In this document: piece by piece, positions 27,964 through 37,285 of the stretch
Layout: the number at the start of each line of letters is the position of its first letter
Position numbering within the stretch: position 1 is the stretch's first letter
From: a virus
Taxonomy: Duplodnaviria; Caudoviricetes
DNA: 64,000 nucleotides
Direction: 5' to 3' (one strand)
Virus record (IMG/VR): IMGVR_UViG_3300029288_000123
Span: 1-64,000 of that record
Made by a program: the position numbers and the translations under genes
Notes under the pieces: model-generated
What the model was told of the DNA's origin: nothing
The model's input: only the letters and a program-made list of their open reading frames with translations
Databases searched by the model: none

Positions 27964-28141
27964 TTTAAAGGAAATATACATTGCAAAAAAATCAGGGTAT
28001 AAAGTTATGTTGTTTTAATTGTATGAGATATAATATAGATAATCAAAAATGTATTTATCATAATATTCCTGTAGATACGGGTTTTGTTTGTATTTTTCAT
28101 TTATTAAATTTTTTGTCAGAAACAAAACAGTAGGAGAAAAA

Positions 28142-28393
28142 ATGAAACCTATTCGCACGAAGTTACTTACTAAACACTCAAAAAAATGTAGAGCAGTAGA
28201 TTCGGTAAAATTAGGATTATGGGCACATCCTTGGGCTTATATTCATAGATTTGAGCGTAAAGATAGTTTAGGAAGAAGAACAAAAGGGAGCGGTGAGAGA
28301 TGGGCTGTGGTTATTTGTAATGACCCGAATTGTAAAGCACAACTTGCAATTAATGAAGAAGATATTTTAAATTTTGTAACTAAAGGAACATAA
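28142..28393 (+). CDS. Hypothetical protein (Cys/His-containing)
   Basis: AGGAG RBS before ATG 28142; CNDPNC. Confidence 0.55.
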   Translation: MKPIRTKLLTKHSKKCRAVDSVKLGLWAHPWAYIHRFERKDSLGRRTKGSGERWAVVICNDPNCKAQLAINEEDILNFVTKGT

Positions 28394-29109
28394 TGAATAA
28401 AATATTTTGTATAGGCGATATTCACGGCTCTTATAAAGGTATGATGCAGTGTTTTGAAAGAGCAAAATTTGATTATAAAAAAGATACTTTAATTTGTCTT
28501 GGTGATGTTGCTGATGGTTGGGGTCAAGTTAAAGAATGTTTTGATGAATTATTAAAAATAAAAAAATTAATATATGTGACCGGAAATCACGATTGCTGGT
28601 TCTTAGAATGGTCGTTATTAGGGATAGCACAAGAGATATGGGTTTCTCAAGGTGGGAAAGCAACATTAAAATCTTATAAATATAATAGAAACAACGTTTC
28701 CATTAGCCATATAAAATTGTTACAAGATGCCTCTTATTATTATGTTCTTAAAAATAAGGATAATAAGGAAATTTTATTTGTTCACGGTGGAATTAATGTC
28801 AACACTAAGATTGAACGACAAGACGGATTTACTATAATGTGGGATAGAGAATTAATGAACTCTGCATATTTAAAAGGCAATCTTCGTCCAAATTATAGGT
28901 TGCAAGATAAATATAAAGAAATTTTTATAGGGCACACTACTACTCATCTATATAATAGTGATATTCCTTTGCATTGTTGTGAAGTTTGGAATTTAGATAC
29001 TGGTGGGGGCTGGGAAGGAAAAATTACCATTATGAATATTGATACTCATGAATATTGGCAAAGTGATAATTGTTATGAATTATATCCCGAAGAAAACGGT
29101 AGAAGATAG
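28393..29109 (+). CDS. Ser/Thr protein phosphatase (lambda-PP-like metallophosphoesterase)
   Basis: GDIHG, GDVAD, GNHD, HGG, GHT, LDTG. Confidence 0.88.
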   Translation: MNKIFCIGDIHGSYKGMMQCFERAKFDYKKDTLICLGDVADGWGQVKECFDELLKIKKLIYVTGNHDCWFLEWSLLGIAQEIWVSQGGKATLKSYKYNRNNVSISHIKLLQDASYYYVLKNKDNKEILFVHGGINVNTKIERQDGFTIMWDRELMNSAYLKGNLRPNYRLQDKYKEIFIGHTTTHLYNSDIPLHCCEVWNLDTGGGWEGKITIMNIDTHEYWQSDNCYELYPEENGRR

Positions 29110-29112
29110 TTC

Positions 29113-29141
29113 TTGACTTTAAAATATATATTTGTTATAAT
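29113..29141 (+). promoter_or_regulatory. sigma70 promoter with extended -10
   Basis: TTGACT-N17-TATAAT with TG before the -10 hexamer. Confidence 0.8.
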
Positions 29142-29161
29142 TATAAAATAGGAGATAATAA

Positions 29162-29419
29162 ATGAGTTTTAATAAGGAAAAAATTCAAAAACAAGTAAAT
29201 GAGATTATAATAAGGAATTTATGTGTCGCCCCTTCAGAAATTAATAATCCTATTAGTTTAGAGGATTTATCAGCAGACGAACTTGATATTATAGAGATTG
29301 TTGTAGATATAGAAGAGTTTTTTGGTATAGAAATCTCTGATGAAGAAGCAGATAATTTTGTTTTAGTAGAAGATATTTATAATATAGTAGAAAATCGCCT
29401 AAAAGAAAAGGAGCAGTAA
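29162..29419 (+). CDS. Acyl carrier protein homolog with Ser-to-Glu at the Ppant site
   Basis: EDLSADELDIIEIVVDIEEFFGIEISDEEA versus canonical EDLGADSLDxVELVMALEEEFxxEIPDEEA. Confidence 0.85.
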   Translation: MSFNKEKIQKQVNEIIIRNLCVAPSEINNPISLEDLSADELDIIEIVVDIEEFFGIEISDEEADNFVLVEDIYNIVENRLKEKEQ

Positions 29420-29817
29420 TGGAGGATTCTATTCATAAAATTTGGGGTGAAAGACGTAGGATTTTATTAAGTAAAGAATGTGAAATAGATTTATTATATC
29501 TCAAAAAGGATACATTTTGTTCCACACATAGACACGAACACAAAGCAAATAAATTTTATGTTGTTTCGGGAAAAATAGAAATTCAGACAGAGTTTGATAA
29601 AAAAATATTAATAAAAGACGAGCACTTTTCAGTTTATCCCCCCGTAACTCACAGGTTTGTAGCTTTAGAAGATAGTATAATTATTGAACTTGCTTATGTT
29701 ACTAAAGGGAAAATAGATACTGAAGATATTAGAAGATTAACCCAAGGCGGTAAAATTATTGCTGGTGAAGAAATGACAGAAAATTCTTTAAGAGAAAAAG
29801 GTCTTTTGAATTTATGA
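29419..29817 (+). CDS. Cupin-fold protein (sugar isomerase/epimerase-like)
   Basis: CSTHRH...FYVVSG...HRF cupin motifs. Confidence 0.75.
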   Translation: MEDSIHKIWGERRRILLSKECEIDLLYLKKDTFCSTHRHEHKANKFYVVSGKIEIQTEFDKKILIKDEHFSVYPPVTHRFVALEDSIIIELAYVTKGKIDTEDIRRLTQGGKIIAGEEMTENSLREKGLLNL

Positions 29818-30653
29818 GTGTTTTTTCTAAACCCGATTGTAATATAAAAGTTAAGATTTTCATTGTAACTTATAAAAATTCTAATGTATTAAATGATACA
29901 TTAGAAAGTTTATTTGAAGGAATACGTTTTTATTGTAATTTTATTAAATTAATAGAGATATATATTATTAATAATCATAGTATATTTTTACTTAATAATA
30001 AGTTTAAATCGGGAGAACGGATGGTAAAAGTATTGCACAATGTTTTAAGACCCGATTTTTCTACTGGTTATCTCTCTCGAAATTGGAATCAGGCACTTAT
30101 ATTGGGTTTTCAAAATCTTCAAGAACCAGACGCAAATATAGTTATAGCTTGCCAAGATGATACTTTATTTTATCCCGATTGGCTTAAAAATATTGTGTCT
30201 TTACATGGTAAGGGATATTCTTTTATTACGTATGGTTGGGGAGATAATTTTATGAGTTTTACTCCTGAAGCAGTAAAACAAATAGGATTATTTGATGAAA
30301 GATTTATATTTAGTGGAGTAACTTCCGATTATTTTTTAAGAGCACTAAAATATAACAAAAACAAATCTTCTATTAACGACTACTATCACGGAAGAATACT
30401 GAATGAAGAAAAAATAAAAATTGCAGACAGACCAAATAACATTAAAATTCATATGGAAGAAAGAAAAGCCCATAAAGATTACGGTCATACTATTTTACAT
30501 CACAAATGGAATAGAATAACGGGAACGGCTACTAAATGGACAAAAGAATTTATTGATAATTGTCCCGCTAATATAAAATTTCCTCAGTATATAATGTATC
30601 CTTATTTTGAAAAAGATATTTTAACATTAAAGGAACAAAAAATATTATGTTAA
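29814..30653 (+). CDS. GT-A (GT2-like) glycosyltransferase
   Basis: IFIVTY, SRNWN, QDD, GLFDERF. Confidence 0.75.
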   Translation: MSVFSKPDCNIKVKIFIVTYKNSNVLNDTLESLFEGIRFYCNFIKLIEIYIINNHSIFLLNNKFKSGERMVKVLHNVLRPDFSTGYLSRNWNQALILGFQNLQEPDANIVIACQDDTLFYPDWLKNIVSLHGKGYSFITYGWGDNFMSFTPEAVKQIGLFDERFIFSGVTSDYFLRALKYNKNKSSINDYYHGRILNEEKIKIADRPNNIKIHMEERKAHKDYGHTILHHKWNRITGTATKWTKEFIDNCPANIKFPQYIMYPYFEKDILTLKEQKILC

Positions 30654-31549
30654 AAGGATATTCTAATTTTAATATTAAATTATTAAAAAATAAAGATGGT
30701 TATTTTATTAAAAAATCTGATGGAAAACGTTTACAACGACAGATAGATAAACAGAAGAAATTACAATCTCTAATAGAAAGAAGTCCGGTTAATGATTATT
30801 TTAGTGTTCCTTCTATTTTAAAAAGAAACTCTCACTCCGCTACAATGGAATTTTTTAATGGAAAATCTATATTAGATATTTTTGAAACCGGAGATACTAC
30901 TTTTTTAGATATAACAGTTAAAAAATTAATGGGTTTTATTGATTGGGAATATACAGAATATAATAATACTCATTTACCAAAAGAGTATATGCTTGATTTT
31001 GATAATCTTATTCATAATAAAATATATTTAAAATTAGAAGAAATAAAACACAAAGTAAAAGATTTTGCTATAGAAATTACTATAGATAGATTCTGGGAAA
31101 TTTTTTGTAAATTATCTAAAGAAGAATTATATCCTAAATTTTTAACAACCAAATTTCCCTGCGGTTTTTGTCACGGGGACTTTACTTTTTCTAATATGAT
31201 ATTCACAGATAAAATAATATTACTTGATTTTTGTGATTGTTATATAGAAACCCCATTACAAGATATAGCAAAACTTCTTCAAGAAATAAGATTAGAATGG
31301 TCTTTGCTTATTAATTCTGAACACAGAGATATACCAAAAATTAAAATAGCATATAATTATTTACGAAACAAATTAGAAAGTAAACTATTATTGTATAATA
31401 AATGGTGTATAGTATTTTATATAATGGTTTTGTTTAGGTTGTTTCCTTATATAAAAGACAAAAACGTTTATTTAAAAGTATTTACTGAAGTCCTATTTCA
31501 GTTAACTATAATGGAAGAAATTATATTAAAAGCGGAGATACCAGAATGA
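30647..31549 (+). CDS. APH/choline-kinase-like phosphotransferase
   Basis: CHGDFTFSNMI, LLDF, DIAKL. Confidence 0.8.
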   Translation: MLKGYSNFNIKLLKNKDGYFIKKSDGKRLQRQIDKQKKLQSLIERSPVNDYFSVPSILKRNSHSATMEFFNGKSILDIFETGDTTFLDITVKKLMGFIDWEYTEYNNTHLPKEYMLDFDNLIHNKIYLKLEEIKHKVKDFAIEITIDRFWEIFCKLSKEELYPKFLTTKFPCGFCHGDFTFSNMIFTDKIILLDFCDCYIETPLQDIAKLLQEIRLEWSLLINSEHRDIPKIKIAYNYLRNKLESKLLLYNKWCIVFYIMVLFRLFPYIKDKNVYLKVFTEVLFQLTIMEEIILKAEIPE

Positions 31550-32607
31550 ATTTAATATTACCTGTAGCAGGAAAATCTTCAAGGTTTCCTAATTTACGAC
31601 CAAAGTTTCTATTAACTCATCCTTACGGTTGCCTTATGCTTACAGAGTCTATAAAAGGACTTAATCTAAATAAAATTAAACAAATTATTATTGTTGCTTT
31701 AAAAGAACACGAAGAAAAATATAATTTTTCAAAAGAATTACTAGGAGAATTAAAAAAAGTATCTGAATTATCTCAAATTAAATTATTATTATTAGATAAA
31801 CCGACAAATAGCCAACCAGAAACCGTATCTAAAGCCATAGAAAAATATAATTTAAAGGGCGGTATATTAATAAAAGATTCTGATAATTATTTTAAATTTG
31901 ATAGTGAATACCACAATAATACAGTGATAGTTGCTGATTTACAGAAATGTAATAAAATAAATGCAGGAAATAAAAGTTATGTAAATATAGGAGTAAAAAA
32001 TACTGTTACTAATATAGCAGAAAAGAAAGTGATAAGTAATCTATTTTGTTGTGGTGGTTATTATTTTGCGGGTGCTCAAGAATTTTTAAAGCATTTTAAA
32101 GAAATAAAAGACAATGTTTCTAATATTTATATATCTCATATTATTTACAAAATGATACTTGATAAGCAGATATTTTTTGCTGAAGAAGCTTCAGATTATA
32201 TAGATTGGGGAACATTAGAAGATTGGATGGAGTATAAGAAGCATTTTTCTACTATTTTTGTGGATATAGACGGAGTATTACTTGTTAATGGAGGCAAACA
32301 CTGTACTCCTAAGTGGGGAGAAGGTGGTGGAATACAGAAAAATATAGATATTTTGAATAAATTATATGACAGTAAAAAAACCTATATAGTTATTACTACA
32401 TCTAGACCGGAAGAATATAAAAAACTTACAAAAGAACAACTTTCAAAAAGCGGACTTAAATACCATAGAATAATAATGTCATTACCACATAGCCAAAGAA
32501 TACTGATAAATGACCACGCAAAATCTAATCCTTATCCTTCGGCTATAGCAATTAATTTAGAACGAAATTCGGATAAACTAGAGGATATTTTAAAATGTTA
32601 TGAATAA
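31546..32607 (+). CDS. Nucleotidyltransferase fused to HAD phosphatase
   Basis: PVAGKSSRF..PK, DWGT; C-terminal FVDIDG, TSR, INDH. Confidence 0.85.
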   Translation: MNLILPVAGKSSRFPNLRPKFLLTHPYGCLMLTESIKGLNLNKIKQIIIVALKEHEEKYNFSKELLGELKKVSELSQIKLLLLDKPTNSQPETVSKAIEKYNLKGGILIKDSDNYFKFDSEYHNNTVIVADLQKCNKINAGNKSYVNIGVKNTVTNIAEKKVISNLFCCGGYYFAGAQEFLKHFKEIKDNVSNIYISHIIYKMILDKQIFFAEEASDYIDWGTLEDWMEYKKHFSTIFVDIDGVLLVNGGKHCTPKWGEGGGIQKNIDILNKLYDSKKTYIVITTSRPEEYKKLTKEQLSKSGLKYHRIIMSLPHSQRILINDHAKSNPYPSAIAINLERNSDKLEDILKCYE

Positions 32608-33493
32608 CAAAAATCCTACAGTTTATTTTGCTATGTCTTGTGATAATAAATATAAGTATTTGTTTTATCTTACTGTTTGTTTAGAATCTATAATGAAATT
32701 TAGTAATAAAAACATTAATTACTTGTTATATTTATTTACAAATAGTTGGTCTGATGAACAAACAAAAATATTTAATAAATTTACAGATAACTATAAAAAT
32801 TTAACAGTTCAATTGTTTGATTTGGAAAAAACACAAATTCAAAAAACAAATTATATAAACCAAAGATATTCTGTTTCTGCTATAAGCAGATTGTATTTGC
32901 CTGTTATATTAAAAAATTTAAAAAAAATTATATATTTTGACTGCGATTTATTCATAAGGGTTGATATTAAAACACTCTATGATATTGAATTAGATAAATA
33001 TTGGGTAGGATGTGTAAAAGATTATGGGTTAATTTCTCTAGTAGAAAGAAATAGTAAAAAATATTTGTGTAATTATCCTCATTTTGCAAATCTTAGATGG
33101 AACGACTATGTTTATAAAATTTTAGAGATGAAAGACCATAGAAATCAATTTAATAGCGGTGTTATGTTAATAAATTTAGAATCTTTCAGAGAAAACGATT
33201 TAACAAAAAAATGTGTTTCTGATTATGAAAGAATCAAACCTGTTTTTGCCGACCAATGTGTATTAAATAAACACTGTGAAAACAATATAAAATATATTTC
33301 ATCTGAATGGAATGTATTAAGCAGTCAACAAGTAACATTAGGAAATATTACAAAAATTTATAAGAAAGCAAAAATTATACATAAACCATGGAAACACGTG
33401 TTAATTAAAAATGAATTTTATGATTTGGCTTTAAAATCACCATTCAAAAAAATTTTTGAAAAGGAGACAAATGAAAAAAGAAAAAAGAATTGA
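32600..33493 (+). CDS. GT8 family glycosyltransferase
   Basis: RLYLP, YFDCD, FNSGVMLIN, DQCVLN, WN, IIH, KPW. Confidence 0.88.
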   Translation: MNNKNPTVYFAMSCDNKYKYLFYLTVCLESIMKFSNKNINYLLYLFTNSWSDEQTKIFNKFTDNYKNLTVQLFDLEKTQIQKTNYINQRYSVSAISRLYLPVILKNLKKIIYFDCDLFIRVDIKTLYDIELDKYWVGCVKDYGLISLVERNSKKYLCNYPHFANLRWNDYVYKILEMKDHRNQFNSGVMLINLESFRENDLTKKCVSDYERIKPVFADQCVLNKHCENNIKYISSEWNVLSSQQVTLGNITKIYKKAKIIHKPWKHVLIKNEFYDLALKSPFKKIFEKETNEKRKKN

Positions 33494-34076
33494 AGAAATT
33501 TTAAAAACCGGTAGAAGAATGTCAGTTAATTGTTGGGATTTAAATTGGAAAAATGTAAATAAAAAAATAAATAGATTCGGCGGGGTTTATAAAATTATCC
33601 GGAAATATTTCAATAAAGATTTTATAGTGGCAGAAATAGGTTGTTATGAAGGAAACTTATCCGAGTTTTTTGCTTTACAGTGTAAAGAATTATATTGTAT
33701 TGACCCTTGGGATTCTTCTATATATAGTAATAACACATATAAAAATGATTATAATACATTTAAAAACTGTTTAGAAGAAAAGAAAAAAGCATTTTATAAG
33801 ATTAAAAATAAATATAAAAACATTAATACTATAGAAAATTTCAGTTATAATGTTTATAATTGGTTTCCCGATAAATTTTTTGATTGTATATATCTAGACG
33901 GAAACCATTCTTATGAAGCAGTTAAACAAGATATTATACAGTGGAAACCAAAAGTAAAAACAAAAGGAATTCTTTCGGGGCACGATTATACCTCTCAAGT
34001 CAAAAAAGCAGTGCAGGAAACTTTAGGAACAGTAGAAAGATATGAAGATACCAGTTGGGTAAAGGTGATAACGTGA
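33471..34076 (+). CDS. Class I SAM methyltransferase (Methyltransf_24-like)
   Basis: EIGCYEG, IDPW, IYLDGNHSY, GHDY. Confidence 0.85.
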   Translation: MKKEKRIEEILKTGRRMSVNCWDLNWKNVNKKINRFGGVYKIIRKYFNKDFIVAEIGCYEGNLSEFFALQCKELYCIDPWDSSIYSNNTYKNDYNTFKNCLEEKKKAFYKIKNKYKNINTIENFSYNVYNWFPDKFFDCIYLDGNHSYEAVKQDIIQWKPKVKTKGILSGHDYTSQVKKAVQETLGTVERYEDTSWVKVIT

Positions 34077-34639
34077 ATGATAAAGATTTATTAGAATTAA
34101 TTAAAAAAAGAAGAAGTGTTAGAATTTTTCAACAAGAAAAAGATATTTCTTTCGGAGATATAAGAGATATTATAGAAGCAGGAATATATGCTCCTTCAGG
34201 AAGCAATACTCAGTGTTATCGGTTTATTATTACAACAGAGGAGTTAGATATTTATTTTTTAAGTGAAAAAAAATTAAGTTGGATTAAAGAAAGCAAGTGT
34301 TGTATTATAGTATATGCAGATTTAACACAGTGCAATTATTTAAAAAGTAATAGGAAGGAAGTATTTAAATATTTACCTTATCAGGATTGTTCAATGGCTA
34401 TGCAAAATATGTTGTTGATGGCGACTGCTAAAGGAATAAGTTCTTGTATGGTTCATCTTAGTGAGGAATGGAAAACAGCTAAAAAAATTAAAGAGTATTT
34501 CGGTTTAATATCAACTGACGAGCTTATGGGAATTATAGTTCTCGGATATAGCAATAAAACAGAAGGAGATGACACTCACGCCGGAAAACCAGTTAAGCGT
34601 AATATATTAGGGAGTTATATTAAAACTTGGAGACAATAA
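34073..34639 (+). CDS. Nitroreductase-family flavoprotein
   Basis: RRSVR, APSGSNTQ, QNMLLMATAKGISSC. Confidence 0.88.
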   Translation: MNDKDLLELIKKRRSVRIFQQEKDISFGDIRDIIEAGIYAPSGSNTQCYRFIITTEELDIYFLSEKKLSWIKESKCCIIVYADLTQCNYLKSNRKEVFKYLPYQDCSMAMQNMLLMATAKGISSCMVHLSEEWKTAKKIKEYFGLISTDELMGIIVLGYSNKTEGDDTHAGKPVKRNILGSYIKTWRQ

Positions 34640-34641
34640 AA

Positions 34642-35013
34642 ATGAAGTTGTTATCTAGAGGTAGAAGAAGACTTGTTTATTCTTACGATAATAAAATATT
34701 AAAAATTAATAAACACAATTATTTACCGGATTTTAATTTACAAGAGTGGCAAAACTGGTTAAAAGTAAAAGGGACAGAATTCGAAAAATATTTTTGTCCT
34801 TGTATTGAATATAGAGATGATACTGTTTTATTAATGGAAAAAGGAGAAAAAATAAATTGGAAAGATGAAAAATATTATAATGTTTTGGTTTCTGCTATAT
34901 TTACTGACAGAAAACCAAAAAATTTTTGTTTATATAAAAATCGTATAGTTGGAGTTGATTATCACAGAATAAATTCTTTACAGCATAAATTAATAACAAT
35001 TAATAAGAGGTAA
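34642..35013 (+). CDS. Small kinase-like protein
   Basis: GRRRLVY, LK, NxxE, DRKPKN, VDY. Confidence 0.55.
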   Translation: MKLLSRGRRRLVYSYDNKILKINKHNYLPDFNLQEWQNWLKVKGTEFEKYFCPCIEYRDDTVLLMEKGEKINWKDEKYYNVLVSAIFTDRKPKNFCLYKNRIVGVDYHRINSLQHKLITINKR

Positions 35014-35014
35014 T

Positions 35015-35548
35015 ATGAAACAATCATCATTAGAATATATAAAAGAAGTAGTTTTAAAACACGGGTATCAAGATGTAGAATGTATAAATTTTGTAGGTAG
35101 AACTAAATCTTATTTATTATGGGAATCAATAAAAGATTTAGTAAATTGGAAAAACAAAACGGTTGTAGATTTAGGTTCTCATTTTGGATATTTTTCTTTT
35201 AAAGCAGTAGCTTTGGAAGCTAAAGTTATAGGTTTAGAAAAAGAACAATATAAAGTTGATATAGCTAATTTAATAAGTCAAGATTTTAGTAATAAAGTAA
35301 AATTTAAAATATGGGAAGACGGACAAGATATTCCAAAATCAGAAATAATATTGTGTCTAAATGTGTTTCATCATTTTAAAAATAAAGAACTAACCTTACA
35401 AAAAATGAATTGTGATGAAGCTATTTTTAGAGTCAATAAAGGAAATATATCTTTAATAAAAAAATATTTTAAAATAAAAAAAGAATTTCAATCTGAAAAA
35501 TTATGGAAACCAAACAGAAAAATATTATTGTTAGAAAGGATAAAATGA
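35015..35548 (+). CDS. Class I SAM methyltransferase
   Basis: VVDLGSHFGYFS, LNVFHH. Confidence 0.8.
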   Translation: MKQSSLEYIKEVVLKHGYQDVECINFVGRTKSYLLWESIKDLVNWKNKTVVDLGSHFGYFSFKAVALEAKVIGLEKEQYKVDIANLISQDFSNKVKFKIWEDGQDIPKSEIILCLNVFHHFKNKELTLQKMNCDEAIFRVNKGNISLIKKYFKIKKEFQSEKLWKPNRKILLLERIK

Positions 35549-36126
35549 GCGAACAAAATAAAAAACAAGCAAAACATCTGCGTTCTAAAGAAAGAAAAGT
35601 TACTAGTTCTTATAATAAAGCAAACCTTTGGTGGTGGTTATGTAGATATGTAGCGGATTTACAATTCATTGATAAAAGAGATATTGTGATAGATGTAGGA
35701 TGTGGATGCGGAGTAGGAACTTCTATCCTAGCGGAAAAAGCAAAAACCGTTATAGGCATTGATGATAGTAAAGAAAGTATAGATTTTGCTAATACATACT
35801 GGTCAAGACCCAATATAGATTTCTTTTATTTAGATTGTTTTCAAATACAAACCGAAGTTCCTTTTGATGTAGTAGTTGCTCATGAATTAATAGAGCACGT
35901 GAAAGATACTGAGAAACTATTTGAATTGTTTGGAACAATAACAAAAAAATATTTAATATTTACGACCCCTTTAGATACAGACCCTATTAAAAATAAGTGG
36001 CACTGGAGGCATTTATCGTTAAAAGAAATTAAGCAGGAACTTATTAAAAACGGTTTTAAATTAATACAAGAAAAATTTATGAATAAACAGTATTTTGTAG
36101 CTAAAAAAATATCACCAAAGGACTAA
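35545..36126 (+). CDS. Class I SAM methyltransferase
   Basis: IDVGCGCG, ELIEHV, TTP. Confidence 0.85.
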   Translation: MSEQNKKQAKHLRSKERKVTSSYNKANLWWWLCRYVADLQFIDKRDIVIDVGCGCGVGTSILAEKAKTVIGIDDSKESIDFANTYWSRPNIDFFYLDCFQIQTEVPFDVVVAHELIEHVKDTEKLFELFGTITKKYLIFTTPLDTDPIKNKWHWRHLSLKEIKQELIKNGFKLIQEKFMNKQYFVAKKISPKD

Positions 36127-36127
36127 T

Positions 36128-37285
36128 ATGAATAAAGACTGTAAAATACTTATACAGGGGGGTTATGGATTTCATAATTGGGGAGATGATTTACAGTTAT
36201 GGAATAATGTTCGTATTCTAAAAGAAAAAGGATTTAATAATTTAACGATAATGACCCCTAATTCTTATGTAGGAGAATTGTGTAAATGTACAACAACTGT
36301 ATCGGGACACAGCATATTTTCTAAATCTATAAGAGGAACAGAACCAGAACTGTTTCGACAGTTTTGTTTAATAGAAGGAGCGTTGTTGCATAAAAAAACT
36401 AGTATTCTCAATAAAAACCACCAGTTATTAATAAAAAAGATAGAAGAATGTGATGTTCTGTTCTTTTCTGGAAGTGGAACTATAAATACAAGGCACTCTT
36501 ATGGATTAATGGTATTTTTAACTCCTATTATGATAGCCAGTTATTTTAATAAACCCGTCATATTATCTGGTCAGGGATTTACACCTATGAATAATAGAAA
36601 GTTAGAAAAGTTTATTGGAGTAACTCTTAATAAAGTTACTAAAATATTTACTAGAGATTTTGAAGAAGGATTAAAAGCATTAAGAAAAACTAAAATTGAC
36701 ATGAAAAAAGTAGAAAAAAGTATAGATGACGCTTTTACTTCTCCTATTTCTAAAGTAGAATTACCAAAACTTAAACATGTGGGTATAAATATTTCTTGTT
36801 TTATTGTTCCCGCATTACATAAAGAATTTTATGATTTAGGAAAACTCCTTCAGAAAAACGGTTACGTTCCAGTATTTAATTATTTTCAAAGTGAAGACAA
36901 ACTATTAGAAATAATTACTAAAGGGGATTTTGCCGTCAGAAAATTTACATATCCTGAAGAAGTAACTACTTTTCATAAACATTTAATTGGTAATATTTGT
37001 ATGCGGTATCATAGTATGATATTAAGTATTGCTCAGGAAACGCCTGTAGTAAATATATCTAGAGACGAATATCAGGTTTCTAAAGTTAAAGCAATTATCA
37101 ATGAAACAGCAATTCCAAATATTTCTTTGCGTTTTGCAGAAACAAAAGTAGAAAACATGTATTCAACTTTAATGAAAGCAATAGAAAGTCAACCACCCAA
37201 ATTAAAAGAAATAAATGAAAAATGGAGACCAAAAGCAAATTTAGCTATAAATTATTTAGAAAATTCGGAGGAAAATAATGTCTAA
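36128..37285 (+). CDS. Polysaccharide pyruvyltransferase family protein
   Basis: GGYGFHNWGDD, SGSG, GQG, TRD, MRYH. Confidence 0.85.
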   Translation: MNKDCKILIQGGYGFHNWGDDLQLWNNVRILKEKGFNNLTIMTPNSYVGELCKCTTTVSGHSIFSKSIRGTEPELFRQFCLIEGALLHKKTSILNKNHQLLIKKIEECDVLFFSGSGTINTRHSYGLMVFLTPIMIASYFNKPVILSGQGFTPMNNRKLEKFIGVTLNKVTKIFTRDFEEGLKALRKTKIDMKKVEKSIDDAFTSPISKVELPKLKHVGINISCFIVPALHKEFYDLGKLLQKNGYVPVFNYFQSEDKLLEIITKGDFAVRKFTYPEEVTTFHKHLIGNICMRYHSMILSIAQETPVVNISRDEYQVSKVKAIINETAIPNISLRFAETKVENMYSTLMKAIESQPPKLKEINEKWRPKANLAINYLENSEENNV

